Of a DNA stretch of 64,000 nucleotides, positions 11,347-25,098 are shown one piece after another. This stretch comes from Mustelus asterias (Eukaryota): positions 61,070,001-61,134,000 of the forward strand of contig NC_135813.1 of assembly GCF_964213995.1 (NCBI RefSeq), given 5' to 3'. Both the position numbers and the translations under genes were made by a program. The notes under the pieces are model-generated. The model was not told where the DNA came from. It searched no databases and worked only from the letters and a program-made list of their open reading frames with translations. Positions within the stretch are counted from its first letter, which is position 1. Each line of letters opens with the position of its first letter.

Positions 11347-12993
11347 TATCCCATCGTGAATGGTGGTGGATAATTAAACAACTGACTGGAGGAGAGGACA
11401 TCACAAATTTCTCCATCCTCAATGAGCAGTGAAAAAGATAAGGCTAAAGCATTCGCAAAAATCGTCTGTCACATGTGCCAAGTGGATGATCCATCTTGGG
11501 CTTCTACAAAAATGGTCAGTATCACGGATCTCAATCTTCAGTCAATTCAATTCGCTCCACGTGATATCAAGAAGTGCCCGAATGTGTTGGATACTGCAAA
11601 GGCTTTGGGCTCCAACAATATTCTATCGACAGTCCTGAAGACTTGTGCTCCAAACGATGCGACCCCGCCAGTCAAGTTGTTTCAGTACACGTACAACACT
11701 GGCATCTACCCGGCATTGTAGAAAATTGCCCATTTACGTCCTCTACGCAAAAAGAAAGGTAACACCAACTTTATTCGTTCGCCATCAGGCCACTCCAGAT
11801 CATCGGTAAATTGATGGAAGAGTTCATTAACAGCGCAATGAAACGGCAGGAACTTAGCAGGAACCTACTCTCTGGCACATAGTTTGGATTCCGCTAGTCA
11901 CTCAGCGCCTCACTTCATTACAGCCTTGGGTCAAACATGGACAAGAGTAGTTGAATGCCAGATGTGAAGTGACTGCGTTTGACGTCAAGGCAGCACATGT
12001 GGAATTAAGGAGCCCGAGAAAGACTGGGGTCAATTAGAATCAGAGGGAAAACTACGCTGGTTGGAGTCATACCTAGCACAGAGGAAGAGTGTTGCGGTGG
12101 TTGGAGTTCAATCATCTAATTTGCAAACTTCACTGCAGGAGTTTCTCAAGATGGTGTCCAAGGCCCAACCATCTTCAGCTGCTCTATCAATGACCTTCCG
12201 TGCATCATAATGTCAGCAATGATCGCACAGTGTACAGTACCATACCGGCATCCTCAGAGGCTGAAGCCGTCCGTGTCCAAATGCAGTAAGCCCTGGACAA
12301 TATCCAAGTTTGTGTTGACAAGTGGCAAGTAGTGCCAGAAAATGACCATCTCCAACAACAGAGAATCTAACCATTGTCCCTTGACATTCAATGGTATTGC
12401 CATCAATGTCGACATCCTGAGGGCGACCATTGACCAGAAACTGAAGTGGTCTTGACATTTAAATATGGTGGCTACAACAGCAGGTCAGAGGTTATGAATC
12501 CTGTAGCAAGTATCTCACTTCCTGACTAGCCAAACCTATCCACCATCTGCGAGGCACAAGTCAAGAGTGTGATGGAATACTTTGCACTAGCCAGGAGAAT
12601 GCAGCTTCTATAACTTTCAGGAAGCTCACACCATCCAGGACAACACTTGACTGGCACCGCTTCCACAAACTCCCTCCGCCACGATGAACAGTGGCAGCAG
12701 TGTGCACCATCTGCAAGATGCACTGCATAAACCCATCCAGGCTCCATTGGCAGCATCTTACAAAGTCACATCGCAACCGTCCAGAAGGACAAAGGCAGCA
12801 GACACATGGGGCCACAACTACCTTCGCGCTTTCCTCCAAGTCATTCGCAATCTGACATGGGGATGTATTGCTTTCCTAGACCACAGGGACTGCGCTGATT
12901 CAGCAAAGCAGTTCACCACCATCATCTCGAGGGCAATTAGCGGTGAGGAATAAATGCTGGTCTAGTCAGCGATGCCCACATCACGTAACAAAA
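11347..12993 (+). mobile_element. Second LINE (CR1/L2-group) RT-to-3'-end fragment nested in the CR1 (paralogues ~30856-32502, ~49912-51561)
   Basis: LDTAKALG..NI...VLKTCAP, KLFQY.YNTGIYP, FGFR, D.KAA motifs; ends aataaatgctgg...gatgcccacatc-A-rich; host CR1 resumes at about 12994. Confidence 0.75.
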
Positions 12994-13135
12994 TGCAGAA
13001 TTCGATAGATTCCTGATTGAAAAGGGATCCAAAGAGTATAGGGGTGGACAAGAATGTGGGGTCGAGCCCACGATCACATCAGCCACGACCTTAGGCCTAA
13101 TCTTCGTTCCAATTCATATGATCGTCTGATTCGTA
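12994..13135 (+). mobile_element. Displaced 3' terminus/UTR of the host CR1
   Basis: AEFDRFLIEKG.K.Y-like end of ORF2, then a CR1-type 3' UTR with gatcgt/gattcgt terminal repeats. Confidence 0.6.
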
Positions 13136-14084
13136 TTTGCGCCCTTTTTGACTCCTTTTATCCTATTAAATTTCTGAACCTTCGGATCCATTAATGTGGC
13201 ACTGACAGCATTATCTTTAGTGAATGAGGCAGGAAAGGAAGTGATAGTAAAACATTTTGTGACACTGGGTTCTTACTGCTTCTAATCATTCGGATTCCCT
13301 GATATTATGGACATTCAGCACTGAAAAGGGGAACTCATTAAACATCCGAATTAATTGACAATACCTGAAGAGAATATTCTGAAAACGACTTTCATGTCCG
13401 AATGCCTATTTTCCAAGTGTCCACGTATTTTGCCAGGAATTGATATTTTGAGATATTTTAACCGCAAATACACTTCATGTAATAACACGGTCCTTGGTAT
13501 ACCAAGTCCAATATTGCCATCTGCTGGTTCAGCCGCAAAAAGCGCGCAGTTTCATTGGGATTCGTTCTGGACTTTTTTCATCTATTGTACGTAGTCCAAT
13601 AGAAAGCAGGGGGAATGAAATGACAATTATAAAATAAAATTCTGGATAAAGTCAGGAGATCTGGTCGCACTTGTGAGGAGCGAAACACAATTTCTGTATA
13701 AGGGTAATTCGCACTGCCGTGTTCGGTGAAACAGTGTTCAGTCTCTAATAAATTAAGTGTAAATCTCATCAGTACTTTTATCATGCATTTCAAACGTTTC
13801 GAAGACAGGTGCGGGCGCAGCCTCAAACTAGGGAGCAGGAACCTACACTGTAAAGCATGGTGGACGCTGTAGTCCGGCGACGAATGATCGAATTAGCATT
13901 GCAGAGTCCTGGAACAAGCAATGATTCTAAATCCCACCATGGTATCTGGCAATAAGCCTTGAACAAATTAGTTGTCTTAATGTTAACCACGAAACTACTG
14001 AATTGCTGAAAAAAAACATTCGCTTCATTAACATCATTCCGGGCAGGAAATCTGCCATCTTTACTGAGTACATACGTGACTCCA

Positions 14085-14369
14085 CGTTTTCCGTCGCGAA
14101 ATAGATACAGAAGTCTGAGGACACGTACCAACCAACTTAAGAACAGCTTCTTCACTGCTGCCCTCAGACTTTTGAATGGACCTGCCTCGCATTAAGTTGA
14201 TGTTGCTCTGCACCCTCGCTGTGACTGCAACACTACATTCTGCACTCTCTCCTTTCCTTCTCTGTGAACGGTACGCTTTGTCGGTATAGCATGTAAGAAA
14301 CAACACTTGTCACTGTAGACGAATATACAAGACAATAATAAATCAAATCAAATAAAATCAAATCAAAAA
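14085..14369 (+). mobile_element. Rex1/Babar-type LINE 3' end with (AATCA)n tail (paralogues ~33593-33877, ~52639-52922)
   Basis: PSRKRYRNLRTRTNQLKNSF.PAALR.LN C-terminal motif (open in ORF 52505-52753) followed by 3' UTR and aaatc repeats. Confidence 0.75.
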
Positions 14370-14759
14370 CATTTGTGCTATTAGGGAAACATTTGCACAA
14401 TACATGGCCAGCCATGTTGGTAACACGCTGTTAGCAGTGGTGTTGATGATGAACCTCCTGATCAGATTGCTTTACGTGTTACAGAAAGAGCCCGTTCATC
14501 TGAGATGATTCTAAAAATAACAGCAAAGGCCAAAGCGGCAGTGGCGCAAGGTTTGTTTTCAATTATGGAGGTAGTTACAGATGAAAATTAGAAGCCAGGA
14601 GTGAATGAGTTTTGGGGAGGAGAGGCGAACATCAGAGCGCATGTACAACCTAGCAGAAAGCAAGAACACAATTGGTGCCATGCTGAAAACATACTATTAT
14701 TTATATAAATTGGAACGAGTTGAGGCCACAGCACTGATCATTGTGGCACACCACCCCTT

Positions 14760-15500
14760 ATACCTTGCCAATCACAAAATTGTCCCTTTTGCCCACCCTC
14801 TGTCTCCTGTTCGCTCGCAGATTTTCTGTCCATGAGCCCACACGATAAACTCTCCTTTTCCGCAATACCCTTTGCTTTGACATCTTATTAAATGCTGACT
14901 GAAAATCACAGTACATCCACCTGCTCACCTTTATCCACAGCACGCTACTTCTTCAAATCACTCCAGTAAATTGGCTGAACATGAATTCCCTTTGACAAAA
15001 CTGTGTTGGCTCTATCTGATGACCGTGATTTTACTTCTGTGCCCTGCTATCAAATCTTTAATAACCGCTGCTACCATTTTCCTTATATGTCATACGGTGA
15101 GCTAACTGGTGTTGTTCAGCTGACATGTGTTGTTCCCTGCTATAGGTCTCTTTTTCCCATTGCATTAAAGTGCGACATTCGCTGTTTTCCAATCTAATGC
15201 ACACTTCCCAGAAACTGGGGAATTTTGGAAAATTAAAACCAGCCCATCAATTGTCCCTTTAGAGACCTTCGGGTGAAATCCATCGGGACCTGAGGACTCA
15301 TCAGCCCACATCTTCAACAACTTCTTAATGTCGTTTCCCTGACGATTCTAATTTTCTTGAGTCCTTCTCTTCCATTTCCTGCTCTACAGCTATTTCTGTG
15401 ATAGAACTTGTATCCGCTACAGTGAAGACTGAAAGCAAAATGCCTGTTCTAGTCATCTGCAATCTTTTTGTTTGCGACAAATTCCCCAGACTCAATTTCT
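14760..15500 (-). mobile_element. Decayed CR1 ORF2 relic, minus strand (paralogues ~34270-35010, ~53300-54050)
   Basis: ADKSSGPDGFHPKVLKEL...LDWKTANV (ORF 53704-53958), Y.DFQ.AFNK, W.ENL....RQRV. Confidence 0.8.
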
Positions 15501-15559
15501 ATCGAACTGTCGCCCACTCTATGAACGGTTTTCTTTTTTTTATCGTTTACCTTCACAAT

Positions 15560-15680
15560 TTTAAGTTGATTTATTAGTGTCACGAGCAGGCGTACATTAA
15601 CATTGCAATAATTGACTATGAAATCCCCCAATCGCCACACTCCGGCACCTGTTCGGGTACACTGAGGGAAAATTAGCAGT
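15560..15680 (-). mobile_element. 3' fragment of the same SINE family in inverted orientation (paralogues ~35070-35190, ~54110-54225)
   Basis: Reverse complement matches 17466-17600 (ctcagtgtacccg..caggcgccggagtgtggcga). Confidence 0.75.
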
Positions 15681-17279
15681 GCTAAGCACGTGCCACAGTG
15701 CCAAAGGCAAGAAATAACTGACAAAACCCCAGAGTATTCGGGAAATAAATGAACTGGTTTGGAAGCATCTGTGGAGACAGAAACAGAGGGAAAATTGCGC
15801 CTCCAAAGGTGCCAGATGTAAATACATAAAATACATGTGATGAGTTTTGTTGATCTGAAATTCACTTAAAGAGTACAGGAAACCGATCCAATTAAAACTT
15901 CAAGATGAAAATTGGATAGATTCATGAAACCGATGTCTGCATGAAATGCCCATCGTGCACTGGAGTGCGATTACTTGGATAGCTCTTTCAAAGAGTACAG
16001 TGGGTCAATGGCATTTTTGTGTTGTACTCTTCAGTGAAATGGTTGGGAACGGAGCTCAATATAAGGGTACTAAGTCATTTTTCAGTTGTGTTTCCCTTTG
16101 GAGGGAACCAGATGTTTATCCATTCTATGTACACGTATTATTCGTTAGCTGGTGACATAAAGTTGCATAGCCAGTTGTAATGATCAGGAATGCAAGAACT
16201 TAAATGATGACGGAGCAGATTCAGAAGTCTCTTGTAAAAGTCAATAGAACTTACATGTGAAACGAATAACAATTGAAAGATTATGGCGAGAGAATGTCTT
16301 GGATTAACTGGCCATCGTCACTTCTCTTTGCTTCTATTCTAAACAATGGTCCACTGATCCTGAGTCTAAGCCCCCATGTTCTGGATTTCACAGCCAGGGC
16401 AAACATCCGGCTGTACTCTTCAGTTGCAAGGACAGGGTCTTCGGATAGTCGGTTTGCCTGCGCCGCCAACTCACCTCCCCGCTCATGCTGTCCGCTTTGC
16501 AGCCATTGGATATATGGTGGAGACAGAAATCGGGCAAAGGCAAGACATGCGCATCCTTCTGCGGAGGAGTTACCATCTGAGAGGACTGACGGCCAACCGT
16601 TTGTGCAGCAACTCTGTAGGTTCGAGTACTGGCGACAGTTCGGATTACAACCGGTCTCCAATGACGAAATCTAATGTAGGCCAAATGAGGAAGATCCTTG
16701 GAGCTTTGGTGGGGCCGAGGGAAGTGAGGGGAGGGGGGTGTTCCCCTTGCCAACACCAACACTCAGCTCCGGCTGTTAGATTAGTGTCTTGACATAGTCC
16801 GGTCCCAGCCAGGGGAATTATTGTAGTGCGGACAGGATGAAGCCCCTGAGTGACTCTTAATAGGTCACTTAAGGGCCTCAATAGGCTCAAAGGTGCGCGT
16901 GCCACAGAACGAATTTGTTCTTCCCAATAGTTGGAGGAGATTTCCAATCATCACTGTAGAACAGTTCAGTGAGGCGATGGTGAGATAGAGCTTCGTGCTT
17001 TTCGAGTGCATAAAGAGCCTGATGTGCTTTCAGATGATGCCTACAAGGGGGAGCATGCGGATGGGAAAAAGAATGGGGGCCAGGGACATATTGTTGAGTT
17101 GCTAGCATGGGAGCAGGAAGAGAAGCCATTGCAGACAAATCTGTGGATATTATTTGATAAATAATGATGGAGCCAGATCACGAGAATAGGCCCAAGCAAC
17201 TGACAAACGGTGGAGATTTTTTGGATCGTGTGTTGAATCGTGTCAAAGACCGACGCCAGTCCGAAAACAATGAGCCGTC

Positions 17280-17632
17280 GGGCGGCACGGTGGCACAGTG
17301 GTTAGCACTGCTCCCTGACAGCGCCAGGGACCCGGTTTCACTTTGCAGCTTGAGCCACTGTCTGAGCGGAGTCTGCACGTTCTCCCCGTGTCTGCGTGGG
17401 CTTTCTCCGCGTGCTTCGGTTTTCACCCGAAGTCCGAAAGTCGTAATGATTAGGTGCATTGGTCATGCTAAATTTTCTCTCAGTGTACCCGTACAGGCGC
17501 CGGAGTGTGGCGACTAGAAGATTTTCACAGTAACTTCATTGCAGTATTTGCAGTTTGGATTACAACCGGTAATTGTAAGCCTGCTTGTGACTAAAAATAA
17601 AGAAATTGTAAAAAACTTTAAAACTTTAAAAA
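17280..17632 (+). mobile_element. tRNA-derived V-SINE (HE1-like elasmobranch SINE), near full length
   Basis: Head gggcggcacggTGGCACAGTGGttagcactgc (A box), degenerate B box, V-domain-like gtctgcacgttctccccgtgtctgcgtggg, tail ending in aaaacttt repeats. Confidence 0.85.
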
Positions 17633-18059
17633 ACAGGAATAGTTTGCTATCGTTATAATTGAATAGAATGTAACTTTGATAAGGGTCGTATCAGTATTGT
17701 GGCAGAAGCAGAAACGCGATTCTGGGAATTCAATGCTGGAGTTGTTGGAACGATAGTATGGATTTGGGGTTGGCAATTTCTTCAAGTGGTTTAGAGTGGA
17801 AATGTTAACTGAAGATCGGCAGTAGTTCACAAGGACAGAGGAACAAGGCTGTTTGCAAAGAGAAGTTTGATGGTAATCGGTGTGAAAATATAACAGTACC
17901 TGAGGAGAGATAGCAACTAATGACATCAACGAAAGTGGAGACAAGAAAAGAAAGTTGGATGGTCAGTAATTTAGCTGAAACATGGTCAACATGGGTCTAA
18001 TGGAAAGCTGAGTTGCGAAAGCGAATGAGGGGATATATGAGAAAAAAAATCCGATTCAA

Positions 18060-18200
18060 CTATGATGCATGCGAAGTAGTGCTTCCTCATTTCACTCCTA
18101 AATAGCTTCGCTCTAATGAAAGAGTGTGCCCTATTTTGCTGGATTGTGTTATTCGTGGAAATGATTTCTCTGGACTCGCTGATCATTTTAAATACGTCGA
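18060..18200 (-). mobile_element. Short CR1 C-terminal relic, minus strand
   Basis: RAHSF.IRAKLFRSEMRKHYF resembles the CR1 RGHSLKI...FR.EVRKHFF motif. Confidence 0.55.
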
Positions 18201-18779
18201 TTAGGTATAGAGTGCAGGGGAAGACAGACAGTGAGTTGCCTTGAGTGATTTAGCACAAAAATCTTGCTATTCCAATCTACATACGCATTAAGGGTTTTAG
18301 CTCTCTTCACTTTAAGCACTTGGTTTAGCAAAGCCACACAAATTGTTGCTTCAGCCACAGCCTCATATCAATCAAGAAACAAGAGATCCTGAAACATTTT
18401 CAACCACTTTTGTGCAAAATACCAGTGTTGGAAAGTCATGCCTTCTCAAATCGAAAGTGCCTCTGGCCGTCTGTATATAAGGCAGTTCCAAGTAAAGATA
18501 AAGTTCAACATTTCTTGCTGAGCCAGTGTTCCCGCACGTTATATTGGTGTTCAGTATGCTTCCATGATGCAGCATGGTCCACATTGTCAAAACATGCTCT
18601 TGACTGCATCTATTCTTAGGTGCACTATTTTAAGATACTGCTTCCGCAATCCTTGCTGATATAAAAGTGTTTATCTTTTTATTACTGGATTGTAACTCTG
18701 GAAATATCTGAGTCTCTTTTAGTGTCTGAGGTGAGGCACTCTCACAGGAGATTCCCCTGGATGCTGTCTGGGCTGTGGT

Positions 18780-19140
18780 TATTTTTCGTAGAACAGAGTA
18801 AGCTGAGGTGTTAACTCATCAAGGTGCAAATAATTATGAACGATACAGATAGGAAGAAACCTTTCACCTCAGTAGAGGGGTCAATAATCGGGGGGCATAG
18901 ATTTAAGGTCAGGAGCAGGAGATTTAGAGGAGATTTGAAGAAATTCTTCTTCAGCCAGAGGGTGCTGGGAATCTGGAACTGAATGTCTGCAAGGGTGGTG
19001 GAGGAAGGAACCCTCACGACATTTAAGAAACATTTTGATGAGCAATTGAAAAGTCACTGCATACAGGGTTACGGGCCAAGTGCTGGTAATTGAATTAGAA
19101 TAGATAAGTTTTTTGGTGGTCGGCACAGACGCGAAGGGCC
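18780..19140 (+). mobile_element. CR1 3'-terminal fragment (paralogues ~38302-38661, ~57685-58040)
   Basis: TRGH.FKVRSRRF.GDLKKFFFSQRVLG.WNSL motif followed by a CR1 3' UTR. Confidence 0.82.
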
Positions 19141-20965
19141 TCATTCTGAGCTGGATTCCCCCCTCCAGCTTTAAAGGGTAATACATAGTACGTTTCAGCA
19201 ATCGGTCTTAAAAATTGAACCCTTCAGCAATTACTTCACCCTGACGAATCAGTCCTGTACCCATTCATCATACCAATATATCCGCGGCAATTGTACCGCC
19301 CCGCCCACCACGGAATCAGAGCGGACGAGGGTGGACAACGGAAATGTCCCTTGACCTCTGGCGCGAATTTCGGGTCTCGATCGAGCGAGAACGTAAAAAT
19401 CCCGTAGCTCAGTGTGAAAACCTAAATCCAGCACTCCAGATGTGATCTGATCAAGGCTGTAGACAACAGAAAGCATTACTTCCCCACTTTTTAGTTTCAA
19501 TGTCCTTGTGATGAAGGCAGGCATTCGGTTTGATTTCTAATTTACCTTGTGTTCATGAAGTTTTTAATGACTTATGTCCAGGAACACCTAAATCCCTTTG
19601 TTCATTCAAAGCATCTCGCCGCGTAGCTTTATGGAAAATATTTCGAGCTACTCGCTATCATATTTTGGTCACAGAATCACAGAATTCACTGGTCCATTCA
19701 CTTAGTTTATCTATGAAGAGTCAGCCAACTTGCGATACCTCCTTATCTTAAGCTGATCTACCGATGTGTTTATGAAACTCTCTAACCCTCAATTTGAACG
19801 GCAAAATGATCTCGTTCCAGAAATGATCCTCAGGAAACTGCATTTGTCACATCCAGCCAATGAAGGAACAAATCCTTGATTGGCACTTTCTCTCTCCTAC
19901 CCATAAACAATTCCCTACCTATATGTTCAAATAAATTATTTATTCCTTCTGCCACTGGGTCTATTTTATGTTTCCCTGTTTCGGACTCACTCACGGTGGA
20001 AAATCTTTCTCTGTGTTCCCGTATCACACCTTTTCCGAACATTAAAGCCGCCTATTACTCCTCCGCATCCTCTCCTCAGAGAAAAGAGCCCAACATATTC
20101 ATTTTCCTGATAGGCACATTGTCCCAATCCCAGTAAATATCTGGCAAATAATTTTTGCATATTCTCATGTCCTACAAGATTATTTTTGAGGTATGTAGAC
20201 CATAGATGAGGAAAACTCTATAAAACGCTAATAAATCCCCGGGTGTTTTGTTTTGTTCTTCTGGAAGTGCACCAGCACCTTGTTTGCACTTTTTATCAAC
20301 TGCGCAACTTCTTGCTACATATAGCAATTTATGTCTTGCAAGCCCAAATCTAACTGAAGAAATAAAACAATAACGTATCAAAGGGATGTCCTGTCGACTT
20401 TGTGATTCGTGTGAAGATGAAGTTTAAAAAACAGACTTTGTTCGGAGCTGGTTTGAGTCAATGCCTCACTGAAAATGCATCTGGGGAAGTTGACATGTTA
20501 GTAAAGCGCCTGCTTCAGTATGATCATTATTGGCCAATTAAAGCAATCGGATAGTTTATTTAAAAAATGATTTGCAGTCCCAGATCCTGCATTGTATCGG
20601 GTGTATTAAAAAATGAGGCAGTGACTGAGTTTGCCCTGAATATTGGTAATCAGGTGGTATAGAAATGTCTGCCCGTTTAATGTATTTTTGTAAATCTCGA
20701 GACGCAGTTCAGCCCTTTCATTATAATGGCAGAATGTAACGAGGTCCATTAAAAAAAAATGTTGCAATATTACTTCATGGTGCTAATTTAATGTCACCGA
20801 TCGTCTCCTTGTTGCGCCTGGATATCATTGGCTTTAAATAAAATGTGCAGAATATCACAATGATAGAATCTCACTATTTAATTCCCCTTGGAATGCTGCC
20901 ATTAATTGTTTTTAAGGGAAAGAGAGAGAATAACAGAACGTCGGTCGAGATAACGCTATAATGAT

Positions 20966-20971
20966 TTTATT
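20966..20971 (-). terminator. Polyadenylation signal AATAAA of gene 2
   Basis: Paralogous to 1740-1745. Confidence 0.8.
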
Positions 20972-21165
20972 ACACAGCTGTATCAATGACATTACAGTGA
21001 AGCTTTGATCCATTCAGGGTGAACACAGTTAATTTGAAACTAAGGGAGTCAGCCGATCTGCTACAAACTGTGATGAAATGTTTGAAATGTTCCACTATTT
21101 GCGGAATTTATTTTGAAATGACACTTTACCAACGGCAGAATACAAGAATGCATTAGATGCGTGAA

Positions 21166-21488
21166 TCAGATACAGTTGGATCTGGAGATGCTTGTTTGAA
21201 GTGGGTTTGCTTGAGTCTCGTGTTTAACCACACAGGCGTAAAGCTCGTGTGAGTTCCACTCTGAGGCTAACAGAGTCAGATAACTGCTCACACTGAACGT
21301 GTTGTCCGCCTCTTGCTGGATCCGACTGGTCTCAACCCCATTGCTTCTGACGCTGCCATCTACAGTCCATTCAATCTCCGCAGCTCCTGGGTTAAAACCG
21401 CTCACCAAACACACCAGGGTCGCCATGTTCTTCGCTGTGATTTGATCCGCTGAAGGCGGAAGGAGCGAAACAATGGGGCTCCGTGGAT
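21166..21488 (-). CDS. IGLC: Ig light chain gene 2, constant exon
   Basis: Intact C1-set domain, CAG|AT acceptor, TGA; differs from C1 by V>L and R>S. Confidence 0.96.
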
Positions 21489-24400
21489 CTGGAAAGTAGA
21501 GACAAATGATTGCACATCCATTAAGAATCGGCATAAATCACTGAATCGTTGTTTCACCTTCTTCAAATTGTTTTTTAAAATCGGTATTATTCTACAAGAA
21601 TGTATAGATTTTACATTGTGGAGTCTTATTGTTGCCAAATGCAAAAAGGCCATGACTCTCGTTTCTGGAACACATACAACCTGAGAAGGTTTTCCTTTTT
21701 TCCCTGCATGGACAGGAACATGCAAACAAAATCTGATCTAAAGGAAATAGTGGAGTTTGAAATATTAAAGAGAAAAATAAGACGGGAGGTTTATTGCATC
21801 CAGATGTGTTCTGAGGCAACGCTGTCCGAACCAGCGTCACGACCAAAGAGAATTTCAGAACAACGTCAATCACTCAGAATTTGGGGTCAATATTGGAACT
21901 TATGCTGACCGCAGCATTCCTATATTTTGCAACTCAAAAAACTCGATTCTGAAAAATGAAATCGATTGTTTGCTTTTGTCACCATTTACACTTCTCTGAC
22001 GCAAGTCCGACATACTGAGACTGATGTTTGGATTTGTGTACATTCTTTGCCACGGCCTCACACGGTGTCCCGCCCAGACCAACAGTGACGATGTAGCGTA
22101 AATCTTAACAAATAACTCCCTTTTGCAATGGAAATGTTTGGAGACATTTTTTGCGAGTGGAGTGTCACAAAAGATTTGTTACAGCAAAGAGGAAGAGTTT
22201 CGAACAAATATTGTAAACAATTCTAGTATATTAGAACATAACGTAACGACACCCTCAAAAGGCCAGTAATAAACCAAACATGTCCTCATAATTATTTATC
22301 TCTCACACCTTTTCGCCAAAGCAGACGGACTGTGAGATCTTACTGTGCTTAGATAGGGAGCCATGATTCTGACATGTGAAGAATTATTCCACTTCACAAG
22401 CACTTAATTGTGAGGATGTTCTGAGGCCGTGGTCGGCGCCAAATCAATGCAGGTTTGCATTTTCTTTCCTTTGTCATTAGTAGATATTCGCAAAGCTGAA
22501 AGGGCGTTGTCTCAGAATCTTGTCTCTTTAAGTCACCATTTACCACTTAAGTTACCATCTATCACAGTCAATGGAGAAACGCTCAGTAAATAGGTTGAGG
22601 CGTTGTAAGGCATCGAAGAAAGGGTTCAAATATGAATATCCATTTCTAACTAAAAGGATAAGTCTGACCTTTTACAGTTCGCCCTGACATTGAGGTATTA
22701 TGTCGGCTACAACAACAATATGAGGGTTGTCGCTGTCGGTGTAAAAATCGAGTGTCTTTGGAGCTACAAATTCGTCTTGTTTTTTTTTGGAATGTAATTT
22801 GGATGTTGAAACTGAGTCGGCAGACAAATGCCGCCAGCCCTTATTTCAATGTTGGTATCGTCTTCCTGCGCAACCGAGAGTTTCGCTGAATAATCTCAAA
22901 TGTCTGCACCGATGAGCAGGTGTGACGATCAACTTCTATTTAAACGGAAGCGTACTTAAGTGAATTATTTTTACACCGGCATTTTCTCCAGATATGATTT
23001 CTCAAAGTAACAACTAAAACATTCAAGAGCATTTTTCTCCTTTTTGCCTCATGCTGGTCCATTTCACCGTAACATCGTCCAATAAACATATGACTTGAAG
23101 AAGAAAATAAAAAATAAAGAAAAGGAAGATTGAGAAGGGAAGAGACCCTGACCATAATTTTCCAATCGTGCCTGGAGCAGGCTTGGCTCTCAGAGACAGG
23201 AGGACAGATGAAATTGTGAAAGGGCGAAAGGGGGGTAACATAGTTTTAGACCAGTGAAAAAACCTCACTAAAGGGAGAACAATTGGAATAAGCGCGGTTT
23301 AATCAAATGCAGCAGTCACGGCTTTGCTGGCGGAATATCTTACCTCACAGCGTGAATTGGTATTTTTGAGCAGCTAGCATGAGCGGTGAATGACGGCAAT
23401 ATTTTTAGTATCGTCTACATGGATTTTAGCAAGGCTCTTGTTAAGTTCACACATAGGTATGAACAGGTTGGATGCGAAATTGGTTCAGAGGCAGGAAGTA
23501 AAGGGTCCGTATATCAATGAGTGCCTCTATGATTGTTGTCAGATAATACAAATTTGACAATGTGTTTGCTAACGAAGAAAGCTGGATAATGCAGGAAGAC
23601 AACAATGGACTAGTCAGATAAGTTCAACAGCAGCAAATGGAATTAAATGCGGAAAAGTATGAGGAACTGTATTTTTCAGGAAGGCCAATAAAACAAGCGA
23701 GTACACTATATAAATGGGACAATGCCGAGAAATGTAGAGAAACTGAGTGAACTGAAAATGCATTTCCGCAGATCCCGAAGGCGGCTGAGCAAGTGGATAT
23801 GGTAGCAAAGAAGGCATGTGAGGCAGTTACATTTATAAGCCGAGGTATAGATTGTTAGAACTTGATGGTTATGCTGAAACTGCTGGAAAGGTGCGTAGGA
23901 AACATGTAATTGTATGAGAGCGAGTACAGGGGAGATCGAGAGGGATGTTGGCTGAAATGGAATATTTAGTTATAAGTGTTGAATTGGCCAGCGTTCTTTT
24001 CTTTGGAACAGACGAGGCTGGAAGGAGATCTAATGGAAGGCATTATATTCAGAGGTGTCTGGACAGAATGGATAGGAAAACAGTATTGCCAATGGTTGAC
24101 GGGTCGATAAGAACGGCACTTGGATTTAGCGTTAGAAGTAGAAGGTTTAGCGGAGATTCGAAGGGAATAGTTTCACCCAGAGGGTTTTGGGGGATGTGGA
24201 ACCTACTGCCGGGAAGGCTGTTAGTGGCAAATTAATGGACACTTAAACGCACATACAATGTGTAATCGAAAGGCTCATGAATAAATGTTAGATTGTTCCT
24301 TCTGAACCAGTGCAGACACGATTGACCAAGCAGGTTGTAACAATGTTGCAAAGATATATCATTCTATGATTCTGCGAATATATTATATTGCTTTCCTCTC

Positions 24401-24962
24401 TCACTGACGCACAGTGTGCATATTTATGAGGTACCCTGCCGCAACGCCGACAAGAGCTTCCAAACCAGCCATGTTTTCCACTGGACGAACACACGGGCAG
24501 CAGATGCACGGTAGCACCACCAGTTGGTAAATCCCCATCAATCCACACAGCATACCAAAGTAGAACTGTACCGCCTTTCCTTCACTGTCGCTTGGCCAAA
24601 AACTCTTAACCCCCTCCCTAAGAGCTCTGCGATGCATCTCTGACACATGGACGACATCGGTTTGAGAATGCGGCTCACTATCACTTTATCCATGGATATC
24701 AGGCGGGGGACAATGAATGTTAGCTTTCTGGTCACATCCCATGAATCAATGAAACTGGCAGTAATCCCCATGTTTTGTTGTATTACTACTCACTGACAAT
24801 CACAGAACCAGCAGCAGAGCTGAACGAGTCCACAACAACACTCAAAAACCTGACAACCTATTCCGAGACATTCCAAAGCAACTGATTGGATAGGAAGAAA
24901 ATGAACCGTAATTTCCGAGGGAAGCAAACATTCTGCGCATCGATTATGTTTGTTACTACGTT

Positions 24963-25098
24963 ATGATGTGGAGATGCCGGCGTTGGACTGGGGTAAACAC
25001 AGTAAGAAGTTTAACAACACCAGGTTAAAGATTTAACCTGGTGTTGTTAAACTTCTTACTGTGTTTACCCCAGTCCAACGCCGGCATCTCCACATCAT
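24963..25098. repeat. Perfect inverted repeat: 67-bp arms (24963-25029 / 25032-25098) with a 2-nt spacer
   Basis: Arms checked base by base as exact reverse complements. Confidence 0.97.

Larger units (their letters stand above)
1..19228. repeat. Tandem segmental duplication, period 1 (phase set arbitrarily by the window start)
   Basis: aattacttcaccctgacgaatcag recurs at 1, 19229, 38741 and (one mismatch) 58129; content is collinear throughout. Confidence 0.97.

Noticed and set aside
13237-13253. GGAAGTGATAGTAAAAC as a PU.1/IRF composite element
   Set aside because: Mismatches the GGAAnnGAAA consensus and the GGAA core is altered in the third copy
17280-17350. tRNA gene
   Set aside because: A/B-box-like head continues into a SINE body and tail; no complete cloverleaf
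16273-17517. Overlapping 100-138 aa ORFs on both strands
   Set aside because: No recognisable domain, frames broken or changed in paralogous copies, partly SINE-derived
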